A DNA stretch of 64,000 bases, from the NCBI GenBank assembly GCA_964016885.1, contig OZ024764.1, positions 5,828,001-5,892,000 of the forward strand, in the 5' to 3' direction. The first letter of the stretch is position 1. Every line of letters starts with the position of its first letter. This DNA comes from Eledone cirrhosa (Eukaryota). Under the pieces are notes generated by a model. That model made no database searches and was not told where the DNA came from. It saw only the letters and a program-made list of their open reading frames with translations. Positions 62,275-64,000 of this stretch are shown in pieces. The position numbers and the translations under genes were made by a program.

Positions 62275-64000
62275 AACTGGGAAACTAAAAAACACATAAC
62301 CCTATCAGTGAAGTCCTTTAGTATAGGTCAACTGGGAAATTATAACGCATAGCCCTATCAGTGAAGTCCTTTAGTATAGGTCAACTGGGGAATTATAACA
62401 CAACCCTATCAGTGAAGCCCTTTAGTATAGGTCAACTGGGGAATTATAACACAACCCTATCAGTGAAGCCCTTTAGTATAGGTCAACTGGGAAATTATAA
62501 CACAACCCTATCAGTGAAGTCCTTTAGTATAGGTCAACTGGGGAATTATAACACAACCCTATCAGTGAAGCCCTTTAGTATAGGTCAACTGGGGAATTAT
62601 AACACATATAACCCTATCAGTGAAGTCCTTTAGTATAGGTCAACTGGGAAATTATAACATATAACCCTATCAGCGAAGCCCTTTAGTATAGGTCAACTGG
62701 GAAATTATAACACACAACCCTATCAGTGAAGCCCTTTAGTATAGGTCAACTGGGGGATTATAACACATAACCCTATCAGTGAAGCCCTTTAGTATAGGTC
62801 AACTGGGAAATTATAACACACAACCCTATCAGTGAAGTCCTTTAGTATAGGTCAACTTGGAAATTATAACACATATAACCCTATCAGTGAAGTCCTTTAG
62901 TATAGGTCAACTGGGAAACTATAACACATATAACTCTATCAGTGAAGTCCTTTAGTATAGGTCAACTGGGAAATTATAACATATAACCCTATCAGTGAAG
63001 CCCTTTAGTATAGGTCAACTGGGAAATTATAACACATATAACTCTACCAGTGAAGCCCTTTAGTATATGTCAACTGGGGAATTATAACATATAACCCTAT
63101 CAGTGAAGCCCTTTAGTATAGGTCAACTGGGGAATTATAACACACATAACCCTATCAGTGAAGCCCTTTAGTATAGGTCAACTGGGAAATTATAACACAC
63201 AACCCTATCAGTGAAGCCCTTTAGTATAGGTCAACTGGGGAATTATAACATATAACCCTATCAGTGAAACCCTTTAGTATAGGTCAACTGGGAAATTATA
63301 ACACATATAACTCTACCAGTGAAGCCCTTTAGTATAGGTCAACTGGGAAATTATAACATATAACCCTATCAGTGAAGTCCTTTAGTATAGGTCAACTGGG
63401 AAACTATAACACATATAACTCTATCAGTGAAGTCCTTTAGTATAGGTCAACTGGGAAATTATAACATATAACCCTATCAGTGAAGCCCTTTAGTATAGGT
63501 CAACTGGGAAATTATAACACATATAACTCTACCAGTGAAGCCCTTTAGTATATGTCAACTGGGGAATTATAACATATAACCCTATCAGTGAAGCCCTTTA
63601 GTATAGGTCAACTGGGGAATTATAACACACATAACCCTATCAGTGAAGCCCTTTAGTATAGGTCAACTGGGAAATTATAACACACAACCCTATCAGTGAA
63701 GCCCTTTAGTATAGGTCAACTGGGGAATTATAACACATAACCCTATCAGTGAAGCCCTTTAGTATAGGTCAACTGGGAAATTATAACACACAACCCTATC
63801 AGTGAAGTCCTTTAGTATAGGTCAACTTAGAAATTATAACACATATAACCCTATCAGTGAAGTCCTTTAGTATAGGTCAACTGGGAAACTATAACACATA
63901 TAACTCTATCAGTGAAGTCCTTTAGTATAGGTCAACTGGGAAATTATAACATATAACCCTATCAGTGAAGCCCTTTAGTATAGGTCAACTGGGAAATGAT
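62275..64000. repeat. 51-55-bp minisatellite (aactgggaaattataacaca[ta]taaccctatcagtgaagccctttagtataggtc)
   Basis: About 32 units running to the window end; core shared with the 46-bp array at 12149-13988. Confidence 0.95.

Overview
Eukaryotic (animal) genomic DNA. The SINE/RTE repertoire and intron style suggest an octopod cephalopod, which is an inference. The window holds the 5' part of one spliced gene on the minus strand: 11 GT-AG coding exons (1137 nt, 379 codons, all splice phases consistent) of an LZTR1 orthologue. They encode the N-terminus, the Kelch repeats and the start of the first BTB domain, and the gene continues beyond position 1. The introns are mostly filled by minisatellite arrays, and nearly all long ORFs in the ORF track are artefacts of these arrays. 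Most arrays can be traced to a seed sequence. Two grew from LZTR1's own intron/exon junctions: about 97 copies keep an intact splice acceptor, and about 39 copies have lost it. Others grew from a SINE A-box, a V-domain-like SINE segment, RTE LINE coding sequence or a hAT-like MITE. Several long fold-back palindromes resemble Penelope-like inverted termini and carry type I hammerhead ribozyme motifs, some on the LZTR1 sense strand, including a five-copy tandem. Two Helitron-like elements are present, one supported by an empty site inside the window.
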